Notes under the pieces: model-generated
The model's database searches: none
The model's input: only the letters and a program-made list of their open reading frames with translations
What the model was told of the DNA's origin: nothing
DNA from: an uncultured Fibrobacteraceae bacterium
Lineage (GTDB): Bacteria; Krumholzibacteriota; Krumholzibacteriia; LZORAL124-64-63
Length of the DNA: 41,648 nucleotides
Assembly: GCA_964484595.1 (NCBI GenBank)
Contig: CAZAHC010000002.1
Location: 1-41,648, forward strand
Reading direction: 5' to 3'
Made by a program: the position numbers and the translations under genes
Shown: positions 27,487-37,693 of the stretch, piece after piece
Layout of the letters: every line of letters begins with the position of its first letter
How positions within the stretch are numbered: position 1 is the first letter of the stretch

Positions 27487-29205
27487 TCACCAGGACCACC
27501 TCACGCCACCCAGCCATTCCAGGCTCGGTGGCCGGGAATCCTGCCGGGCGGGATTGCGGACCACCAGGCCGAACTGACAGGCCAGGGGACCGGCTTGCTT
27601 CTCGATCCCCCCGCTGACCTCCCCGGACCAGCTGCCCCAGTGCCGGGGCAAGACCACCCCCGCCAGGGGATTGGCCACACTCACCAGGTCGATGCCCTCC
27701 CCCCAGGCCCAGGCCCAGCCCGCGCGCAACCGCCAGCCGGGCCGCCAGAGCCAGACACCCCGCCAGGCCAGGAGACTGCGCCGCTCGGTCTGGGCGACCG
27801 TACCCGCCGGGGCCGGGTCGCGTCGCTGCGCCAGCATCCTTATCTCGGCCCGCCAGTCCAGATCCCGGCTGCCACCCCGCACCAGGATCACCGTCTGGCT
27901 CCGCAACCTGCTCGCCAGCTGCAAGGCCGGCAGCCAGGGCAGGCGGTCCGCCCAGCCGCGGTCGACATCCTGGCTCGCCCGGTGCCGCACCTCGCAACGG
28001 ATCCCGGGGGTCGGGCGCCACTCACCACCCAGTTCCCAGATCACGGTGGTTTCGGTCTCGGGACCCGCGGTGTCGTTCTGGCGGCCCCGGTTGCGGGCCC
28101 ACAAACCCAGCACCCGGGTCCGGTCTCCGAACCGCAGGTAGCCTCTGACCGCCCAGCCCCACCCGTTCCAGCTCCCCAGGCAGGCCGGACGCCGGGCCAG
28201 CAGGACTGCCTGCCTTTCCGCCACCGCCAGCTGGGCCTCCAGCCGCCAGCGATCGTCCCGCAGACAGCCCGCCGCCGCCCAGGCCCTCGCCGGGCTTTGA
28301 TCCCCGTCCGGCAGCCAGAAGGCGGCCTCCGCCCTGACCGCACCCCAGGCCGGCTGCGCCGCCACGGCGAGGCTGGCTCCGGTGTCGCCGCCCTGCCGGC
28401 CGGCCAGACAGCTCAGCTCGACCCCGCGATCTCTTCCGGCGGCCGCCCGCAACAGACGGACCTCCGATCGCGGACGGGAACGAGGAGGATCCTGATTCCG
28501 GCCCACGAGACAGGCCAGTCTGCCGGGGCCGGCGTTCACCTCCGTCAGCAGCCCCCAGACGGCGCAGCGGTCGGCTGCGCCCGCGAACCCCTTGCCGCCC
28601 TGCCCTCCGGAAAGCAAGGGCATCGCCGCGGAGAGACTGCGCCAGCGGCCCGGCCCGGCACAGAAGAGACCCAGGCCATGGTGCAGACCGACGCCCCCGC
28701 CGGCGGCCTTCCAGACTCCCTGCCTCGCCTCGACCGTGCCGCCCAGCTCCTGTTCGCCGTCCGCGCCGACCCGCCAGCGAAGCGCGCCGGCCACTTGCCG
28801 CCAGCGGCAACGCAACCTGGTTATCCGGGAACCGATCCCCACCTGGGGAGAACGGCCCTGCCAGGTCACCTGGCCGGACCAGCCCGCCTCGATCGCCGAG
28901 ATTTCCGGGAGTTCGCCAGTCATGAGGGAAGGGCTCAATCCCAGCCGCTCCCAGTCGGCGGTGGTCAACGGCAAGCCGCCTTCCTGGATCTCGGCCAGGA
29001 GACGGGCAGTTTCCAGGGGATCTTCCCACCGGTACTGTTCGAAAAGGTCGGCGGCGAGACTGTCGGTTCCGGCGGGGGCGGCCGCCAACGCACCGGTGGC
29101 GCCTGTCACCACGACCAGCAGCAGGGCGGCCACCTCCCACCGGAACCGACAGCCAGCCCCGTCCCGCTTTGGCCGGACGCACCGACAACCACCCTTGCCC
29201 CTCAC
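27487..29205 (-). CDS. predicted outer-membrane beta-barrel-like protein (572 aa), family unknown
   Basis: I set the start to the GTG at 29205, which overlaps the upstream stop (GTGA). This gives a basic n-region plus hydrophobic core and an Ala-rich cleavage region (..RFRWEVAALLLVVVTGATGALAAAPAG). The remainder is W/R/G-rich with alternating strand-like segments and ends ..GGVRWSW (aromatic C-terminus). Third-position G+C is high in this frame. The track ORF extension to 29727 overlaps the upstream gene in another frame. Confidence 0.55.
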   Translation of the reverse strand: MRGKGGCRCVRPKRDGAGCRFRWEVAALLLVVVTGATGALAAAPAGTDSLAADLFEQYRWEDPLETARLLAEIQEGGLPLTTADWERLGLSPSLMTGELPEISAIEAGWSGQVTWQGRSPQVGIGSRITRLRCRWRQVAGALRWRVGADGEQELGGTVEARQGVWKAAGGGVGLHHGLGLFCAGPGRWRSLSAAMPLLSGGQGGKGFAGAADRCAVWGLLTEVNAGPGRLACLVGRNQDPPRSRPRSEVRLLRAAAGRDRGVELSCLAGRQGGDTGASLAVAAQPAWGAVRAEAAFWLPDGDQSPARAWAAAGCLRDDRWRLEAQLAVAERQAVLLARRPACLGSWNGWGWAVRGYLRFGDRTRVLGLWARNRGRQNDTAGPETETTVIWELGGEWRPTPGIRCEVRHRASQDVDRGWADRLPWLPALQLASRLRSQTVILVRGGSRDLDWRAEIRMLAQRRDPAPAGTVAQTERRSLLAWRGVWLWRPGWRLRAGWAWAWGEGIDLVSVANPLAGVVLPRHWGSWSGEVSGGIEKQAGPLACQFGLVVRNPARQDSRPPSLEWLGGVRWSW

Positions 29206-30035
29206 CAGGCCCCTCCCAGCTTGCCCCAGGTCAGGCTCCAGCGGTGGGTGAGACCGAGGTCGGGATGAACGAGGTGCGAGCTGCGAACCAGCCAGGCAGA
29301 TCCGGAGACGGCGGTTGTGATCCCGAGGCTCCCAGTGGCAGGATCGCCCCGCAACCCCAGGCCCACTCCTCTCCTCACCCGGACCACGAACGCCATCTGC
29401 AGGCTGGGCTCTCCGGTTCCGCTCCGGTCCACCGCCGCGGCCCACCAGCCGCCGCGAAACCGGCCGGCCGCCAGCAGCCACCGCCGCTGGCTCCGGCGGC
29501 CGTGCCAGGTGGGCGGCGGGAGCAGGGACCAGCTGATCCGCACCACCCACGGGCGCAGGGTCGGACCGACGAGCCCGACCGCGGCCGCCGGTTCGGGGCG
29601 ACTCGCTTCCCCGCCCAGCCGGACCCGGTCCCAGCCACCGTCGGCCAGCAGACGCCAGCCGCCGCCCCACCCGACCTTCAGGCGAACACGATCCTCCCTG
29701 AACAGATCGCCGCCGAGCCTCTGCCACGAACCCTCCACCTGGAACCCACGGCCGGACCTGCCCGCGGCGATCCGGTACAGCGGCAGTTCCGGCATGCCGA
29801 ACAGGCGGGCCTGTCCGCTGGAGAACCAGCTCCCCTCGGCGGCGAGGCGGGGCCGGCGGTCGGGGTCGTTCCCCCCGATCAACCTGGCCAGATGAGGCAG
29901 CGGGATCAGCCAGCCGTCTTCCATTTCCCGCAGGCCGCCGGCCGGGGCCGGGACCGTGCCGGCCAGGAGCACCACCAGGACCACGGCGAGTTCCAGCCCG
30001 GCCAGCCGGCCGCGAGGCCGATCGCCGCGGCTCAC
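29202..30035 (-). CDS. predicted small outer-membrane beta-barrel-like protein (277 aa), family unknown
   Basis: The GTG start at 30035 overlaps the upstream stop (GTGA). Signal-peptide-like N-terminus MSRGDRPRGRLAGLELAVVLVVLLAGTVPAPAG. Alternating segments (RVRLKVGW, WVVRISWSL, LQMAFVVRV, LTHRWSLTW). Ends ..GKLGGAW. Confidence 0.5.
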   Translation of the reverse strand: MSRGDRPRGRLAGLELAVVLVVLLAGTVPAPAGGLREMEDGWLIPLPHLARLIGGNDPDRRPRLAAEGSWFSSGQARLFGMPELPLYRIAAGRSGRGFQVEGSWQRLGGDLFREDRVRLKVGWGGGWRLLADGGWDRVRLGGEASRPEPAAAVGLVGPTLRPWVVRISWSLLPPPTWHGRRSQRRWLLAAGRFRGGWWAAAVDRSGTGEPSLQMAFVVRVRRGVGLGLRGDPATGSLGITTAVSGSAWLVRSSHLVHPDLGLTHRWSLTWGKLGGAW

Positions 30036-31822
30036 GGCTGCCCCCCGTTGCCGATCACGGCCAGCTTCTTGCGCCGACTCACGGGCCGGTCCTCGGCCCC
30101 GAACGTGCGCAGCAGGATCACGTACCCACCCGGGGGAGCGATCTCTCCCTGATCGTCCTTACCGTCCCACAGGACGTCCCGGGGTCCCGGCCCGAGACCG
30201 TCCCCGCCCAGGTCGCGTACCTGTTTTCCCCAGAGGTCGAACACCCTCGCTTCCCACCCGCTCTCCGGGCTGGCAAGCGTGAACAGGAGGTGCAGGACCG
30301 CCTCGCCCGGACCGCCGCCGGGATAGAAGGGGTTCGGGTGCAAGGTCAAAGGACCGCTGACCGGCTCGGTCAGTGAAAGGCCGTTCGGGCAACCCGGGCT
30401 GCTGCCGAGCTGGGAAGTGGCCGCCGCCCAGTTGCGCGCCGGATCGCCCGTGGGAACGATCGCCACCCTTTCGAGGGTGCGGCCGGTCTGAACCTCGCTC
30501 TGACCGCCGCCGAGCTCCACGTGGTCGAGGACCGTGCCCGTGCCGTCACCCAGGTAGACCCGGTCGGCGAAAGATCGGTCCGCCGGGGGACTGTTGTTCA
30601 ACGAAGGCCACGAACCAGGCAGCGCCATCGCCGCCAGGACCGGATCCTGGCTGCAGGCCGGCCTGGCCCCGGCCAGGAGCATCTGCTCCCACCAGGCGGC
30701 AAAACCGGCGGGGTCCTGGACCAGGATCGCGAACCGGTCCGGCGCGAGGAAGGCGGCGGGCAAGGGGCGCCAGTCGCCGTCCTCGTCTCGCACCACCAGG
30801 TCGGCCAGGGAAAGGTCGCCGGAGCCCGCGTTGCCGACCTCGATCCACTCGCCGGCACCCGTGACCGGGGCCGCCATCACTTCGCTGAGATAGGCGCCGG
30901 TCTGCCCAACCTGGTACGCCGGCAGCCGCAGGATCAGATCGGAGAAGTCGCCGCCGGCCGGAACCACCAGCCGGAGCGGAAAGCGTCCGGGAGAGTCCGG
31001 CTGCCAGGAAAAAGCGAGCAGCCGGCTCTGTTCCGGCGGCAGGGTTTCCAGCCAGCCGGCCAGGTGCTGGTCCTCGGCTTCCAGCCGGACCGGAACCGGG
31101 CCGAGTCCGGCCAGGCCGGTGTTGGTCAGGCAGACCGTCAGCTCCACCGGCCCGCCGGGTATCGCCAGCGACGGCGGTTCACACTCGACCAGCTCCGCCA
31201 CTGCGGCCTGGAGCGCGAAGTTCGGTCCGCCCGGCGTTGGTTCAGCCAGCGCCCACCAGTCGGCCGCGTTGTCGTCCGTGTCCTTGCCGTCCGGCTTCCG
31301 CCCGAGCGACTGACCGGAGGCGACGTCCGGGGCCGGCGTCCCCTCGCTGAAGGCGGGGTCGGTCAGATCACCGTACCCCAGCCGGTCGGTGGTGCCGTCG
31401 GTCAGGACCAGCCGCACCGCATCCGGGCCGTTCTGCAAGGCGAGGCCGACCTCCACCTGGCCTGCCGGCTCCCCGGACCACCCCCTGTCGACAATGAGGA
31501 AAAAACCGCCGGCGGCCAGGCTGTCCGGCAAACCGCCGGTCCAGCGCACCTGCCAGTCCGGGGCGGTCGCCCCGTTGGCGAACTCGAGCCTAACTCCTGT
31601 CAGAGAAATCGATTGCGGTCCGGGGTTGAATAACTCCACGAACTCGGCGCCGGCGTCGGTTCCGGCCGGATCGTAGCAGACCTCGTTCAGGACCGGGTCC
31701 TGCCCGGCGACGGGCCCGGTCACCAGGAGCAGCGGCCACAGCAGCGATCCCACGGCCGGCCGCGCCGTCCGGCCCGGGTCGGACCGGCCCAGGGAACGGG
31801 ACTCTGGCAAAGTGGGGACCAT
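30032..31822 (-). CDS. secreted protein with two lamin-tail-like (LTD) domains, a CARDB/Ig-like middle domain and a FlgD-Ig / T9SS-sorting-type C-terminal domain
   Basis: The ATG at 31822 gives a signal peptide (..AVGSLLWPLLLVTGPVAGQDP). LTD-like 1: VLNEVCYDPAGTDAGAEFVELFNPGPQSISLTGVRLEF. LTD-like 2: YLSEVMAAPVTGAGEWIEVGNAGSGDLSLADLVVRDEDGDW. C-terminal domain: LTLHPNPF..ARVFDLWGKQVRDL..VLWDGKDDQGEIAPPGGYVILL. Confidence 0.75.
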   Translation of the reverse strand: MVPTLPESRSLGRSDPGRTARPAVGSLLWPLLLVTGPVAGQDPVLNEVCYDPAGTDAGAEFVELFNPGPQSISLTGVRLEFANGATAPDWQVRWTGGLPDSLAAGGFFLIVDRGWSGEPAGQVEVGLALQNGPDAVRLVLTDGTTDRLGYGDLTDPAFSEGTPAPDVASGQSLGRKPDGKDTDDNAADWWALAEPTPGGPNFALQAAVAELVECEPPSLAIPGGPVELTVCLTNTGLAGLGPVPVRLEAEDQHLAGWLETLPPEQSRLLAFSWQPDSPGRFPLRLVVPAGGDFSDLILRLPAYQVGQTGAYLSEVMAAPVTGAGEWIEVGNAGSGDLSLADLVVRDEDGDWRPLPAAFLAPDRFAILVQDPAGFAAWWEQMLLAGARPACSQDPVLAAMALPGSWPSLNNSPPADRSFADRVYLGDGTGTVLDHVELGGGQSEVQTGRTLERVAIVPTGDPARNWAAATSQLGSSPGCPNGLSLTEPVSGPLTLHPNPFYPGGGPGEAVLHLLFTLASPESGWEARVFDLWGKQVRDLGGDGLGPGPRDVLWDGKDDQGEIAPPGGYVILLRTFGAEDRPVSRRKKLAVIGNGGQP

Positions 31823-31880
31823 CGCGGTCGACTTCCCGGGGAGGTCGGTCCAGGAAACGCAGGGAGGGGAGGAAAGCGGT

Positions 31881-34214
31881 TCAGAGCAACCCGTGCCGCC
31901 GGCGCAGGTACCATTCAAGGCCGAGCAGGATCACGACCAGACCCAGCAGGGGCCAGCCGGCCCAGATATCCTGTTGCCGGCGCGTGGTCTGGGTATCACC
32001 GGTCAGGTTCACCTCCGCCAGGGCCGCGGCGAGCCGGTCCCGCGCGCCCTCGGTTTCGGCGGCCAGGTAAGAACCTCCGAGACTGGCGGCGAGCTGGCGC
32101 AGGCGCCGGCGATCCTGCCGGACCTGGGTCGCTTCGAGCGAATGAGGGCTGACCACCAGGAAGTGTTCTCGCCCCGGCGTCGATTCCCCGCCGCCGGCCT
32201 GAGGCCGTACGCTGTAACGCCCCGCCGGCAGGGGCGGCAACACGACCGAGGCACAGCCGGGTTTCTCCGGCACGGCGGTCATGGAGAAGGTCCGGGCCGT
32301 CAGCCCGGTTCCCTCGTCCAGCGGCTGCAACCGCAGAACCACCGGGCGTTCGGTCACGGGGTCGCCGCGCAGATCCCGCCACTTGGCCTCTAGTCGTACC
32401 CTCTCACCTTCCTGATAGACGGTCCGATGGCCGGTCAGCGCCAGGCCCGTCCCCTCGGTCCCGGCAGCGCACCAGACTAGCAAGTTCCGCAGCAGGCGCC
32501 GCCCCGGCTGTTCCGGCCGGTCGGCCAGATCGCCGGGAGCTTCCCAGAACACGATCTCCCACAGCCGGCGTCCGCCGAACCAGCCCACGCGGCCTGAGCC
32601 ACGGTGGCAGATAGCCAGCAGGGGAAGCCGCTCCGGGCCGCCGCCGGGCAGGCGCGGGCGCGCAAAGAGGAGCGGGACACTGCCGGGTCGCGGTCGGGCC
32701 TCGACAACCTGGACGAGCGGCGGCAGCTTCTCCACCGCCGGCGCCACCGTTGCCAGCTCCGGCTGGACAACCTCCGCGAGCACCGGATGCCGGCTGCCGA
32801 GGGCGTCCGGTTCCACCACCCAGTCACCAGGTTGCCAGCGAGAATCTTGCAGCTCCACTGGCAACAAGGCGGCCAGCTCCGCCGGCGGCGGGGCGACCGC
32901 CCCGGCGGAACCCCGGTCCCCGGCCAGGGCCAGCAAGCCGAGACCGCCGTGGACCGCCGCGGCCAGGCTGGACCAGTGAATCGCGTGCCTGACATCGTCC
33001 CAACCGGTCAGGATGACCCCGTCCCACCGGAGCCACTGCTCCGATCGGTCGGGAGTGGACCAGCCCTCGAGACTATCCGCAAAAACCAGGCCGGCCGGGC
33101 CCTGGTATACCATCTCCAGCTCGAGGCGCTCCTCGCTCCGGGCCGCCCCGGCCAGGAAACGACTGTCCCAGCCAGGCTGACCGGCCAGCAGCAGCAAGCG
33201 GGCGCGCTCCTTGCGAACGTTAATGCCCAGGGTCACCTTGTTGTTGCCGAGGAAACGCTCGTTGGCGAGGGGCTCGATCTCGAGCTCGAACACCCGCAGG
33301 CCCGCTCGGGTGGGCTCACAGGACAGCTCCAGCCGGTATACGCCGCTGCCGGCCGCGGCGGCCGTGGTCGCTTCCGCCACCACCCGGTCCCCGCTGCGCA
33401 ACCTGACGGTGATCCCCTCGGGAGGGCGGTTCTCGAGGTTTCGCCCGGCAACCGCGACCTCGACCACGATCTCGTCGTCCTGGAAGGCAACGTCGGGGTA
33501 GCGCAGGTCCTGGACCGCCAGATCGGGCGGGCCGGCCGGATCCCCCACCCCGACCGCCATGAACGCCGCGGAACCGAGCGAGGCCTCCGCGTATCCGTCC
33601 GCTGCGCCCGCCACCGTGTCGTGCCCGTCACCGAGAACCATCACCAGCCGCAAGGGGAGCTCGGCCCAGCGATTTCCCACTTCCCTGGTCAGGGCCGCCA
33701 GATCGGTGCCGACCGCCACGGGCGCCGTCAGCTCCGGTCCGGCGCCCGGGACAACGCGGGCCGGCTCGAGGCCGTTCCCGCGCAGGCGGGTGATCCGCAC
33801 CGGTTCCGACCGGCTCTGCAGCAGGCTCTCGGCGGCTGCCACCAGCTGCCAGGAACGATCCCAGCGGCGGGGTACGAGGGCGGTCCCGGCCGAGTCGCGG
33901 CCGGGGCCCGGGGCGGAGGGACCGGGAGACTCCTCCCGCCCGGCCGCCAGCGTCATGCTGGCGGAATCCTCGACCACGACAACCACCTCGGCCGAGCGCG
34001 TCGTGGTCTGAATGCGAAAAACGGAGGGACCGGCCAGGGCCAGCAGGAGCAGGATCACCGAAGTGCTGCGCAGGAAGATCAGCCGGCGAGCCACGGCAGG
34101 AGGCGGTGCTGGTTCGCTGGCACCGTACTGGCGAACGGTCCAGCCGATGGCGGTCACCGCCGCCATCAGCAGCAAGGGCCAGCCCCAGATCGGGATCGCC
34201 CACTCGATAAACAC
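31881..34214 (-). CDS. large membrane protein with an N-terminal double-TM anchor and a C-terminal TM helix (BatA/vWA-like architecture)
   Basis: The GTG start at 34214 is 5 nt after AGGAGG. TM1 is IPIWGWPLLLMAAVTAIGWTV, TM2 is LIFLRSTSVILLLLALAGPSVF, followed by VVVVVEDSASM (a degenerate MIDAS-like strand). There is a long extracytoplasmic region with Ig-like and amidotransferase-like stretches (RLLLLAGQPGWDSRFL, WDGVILTGW). The C-terminal TM is WAGWPLLGLVVILLGLEWYLRRR. Family placement is by architecture only. Confidence 0.7.
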   Translation of the reverse strand: MFIEWAIPIWGWPLLLMAAVTAIGWTVRQYGASEPAPPPAVARRLIFLRSTSVILLLLALAGPSVFRIQTTTRSAEVVVVVEDSASMTLAAGREESPGPSAPGPGRDSAGTALVPRRWDRSWQLVAAAESLLQSRSEPVRITRLRGNGLEPARVVPGAGPELTAPVAVGTDLAALTREVGNRWAELPLRLVMVLGDGHDTVAGAADGYAEASLGSAAFMAVGVGDPAGPPDLAVQDLRYPDVAFQDDEIVVEVAVAGRNLENRPPEGITVRLRSGDRVVAEATTAAAAGSGVYRLELSCEPTRAGLRVFELEIEPLANERFLGNNKVTLGINVRKERARLLLLAGQPGWDSRFLAGAARSEERLELEMVYQGPAGLVFADSLEGWSTPDRSEQWLRWDGVILTGWDDVRHAIHWSSLAAAVHGGLGLLALAGDRGSAGAVAPPPAELAALLPVELQDSRWQPGDWVVEPDALGSRHPVLAEVVQPELATVAPAVEKLPPLVQVVEARPRPGSVPLLFARPRLPGGGPERLPLLAICHRGSGRVGWFGGRRLWEIVFWEAPGDLADRPEQPGRRLLRNLLVWCAAGTEGTGLALTGHRTVYQEGERVRLEAKWRDLRGDPVTERPVVLRLQPLDEGTGLTARTFSMTAVPEKPGCASVVLPPLPAGRYSVRPQAGGGESTPGREHFLVVSPHSLEATQVRQDRRRLRQLAASLGGSYLAAETEGARDRLAAALAEVNLTGDTQTTRRQQDIWAGWPLLGLVVILLGLEWYLRRRHGLL

Positions 34215-34261
34215 CCCGGCCTCCTAAAATCCCGGGTTAATCCGGGGCTCATGCCGGAGAA

Positions 34262-34783
34262 TCAGCCGGAGTCGCGGTCGCGGTCCTGCCCTTCCGGCCG
34301 GGCCAACTCGTCCACCTTTTGCAGACCCTCCAGAAGAAACAGGTCCAGGCTCACATCGAGCAGGATGTCCTCGTCCTCCGGAAGCCGGCCCAGGTAAAAG
34401 CGAAACCGGCCGCGGGGCCAGGCGACCATTTTCGCCACCACGGCCCGGATCTGGTCGGTGATCACCTTGGTCAGGGTCTCCTGGTCTACCGACCCCGCCT
34501 CGAGAAAGATCTGGCCGATGCGCTTCTTCTCGGTGGCGAGACCCGCCCTCAGGTTCGCGCCGATGAGCTGGGATTCGCTGATGTACCCCAGACGCAGCAG
34601 ACGTTCGCCCAGCCTTTCGGACGGTCCCCGCCGGCGCGCGTAGATCAGCTCCCCCTGGTGGAAGTAGGCCCAGGCCTGGTCGTCTTCCCCGTCGAGAACC
34701 AGCTTGCCGGTGCTCCGGGTGTGGCTCAGGAACTGCATCACATCCGGCACCGAGAAGGGGCCGATCGTGCCACTGAGAACCAT
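34262..34783 (-). CDS. DUF4388 (PATAN-like) domain protein
   Basis: GTIGPFSVPDVMQFLSHTRSTGKLVLDGEDDQAWAYFHQGELIYA, then LGERLLRLGYISESQL..IGQIFLEAGSVDQETL and WPRGRFRF, which match my memory of the DUF4388 pattern. The ATG at 34783 sits 8 nt after GAGG; the track start at 34789 is a TTG. Confidence 0.7.
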   Translation of the reverse strand: MVLSGTIGPFSVPDVMQFLSHTRSTGKLVLDGEDDQAWAYFHQGELIYARRRGPSERLGERLLRLGYISESQLIGANLRAGLATEKKRIGQIFLEAGSVDQETLTKVITDQIRAVVAKMVAWPRGRFRFYLGRLPEDEDILLDVSLDLFLLEGLQKVDELARPEGQDRDRDSG

Positions 34784-34841
34784 GGCCAAGACCTCGTCTA
34801 CACCGGGGCGAGAACCCTGCGCGCCGGGGGCGCCGACCCGC

Positions 34842-37520
<2,679 letters not shown>

Positions 37521-37631
37521 GATCCCTCCTGGTTCGGTTCAAGGATTCTCGGACAGGGCCTAGCCCCAGAAAGAAGCGGTTCCCGCCGCGGGTATGCTGC
37601 GGAGGACGAAGTCCCCGCCAAATACACGGTC

Positions 37632-37660
37632 AGTATAGGTTCTGGCCGGAAGAATGTCCC
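37632..37660 (-). promoter_or_regulatory. sigma-70-like promoter pattern upstream of ppdK
   Basis: The minus strand reads GGGACA - 17 nt - TATACT (-35 at 37655-37660, -10 at 37632-37637), about 110 nt upstream of the ppdK ATG. Good -10, partial -35. Confidence 0.3.
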
Positions 37661-37693
37661 TGGCAATCCGGAATCGAGGCAACTCCCTTGGTC

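Noticed and set aside
27487-29205. Helix-hairpin-helix (ComEA-like) DNA-binding module at the N-terminus of the large barrel-like protein
   Set aside because: The helical segment after the signal peptide (DLFEQYRWEDPLETARLLAEIQEGGLPLTTADWERLGL) superficially resembles HhH-containing outer-membrane proteins. It lacks the hallmark G-h-G hairpin, so I do not assert it.
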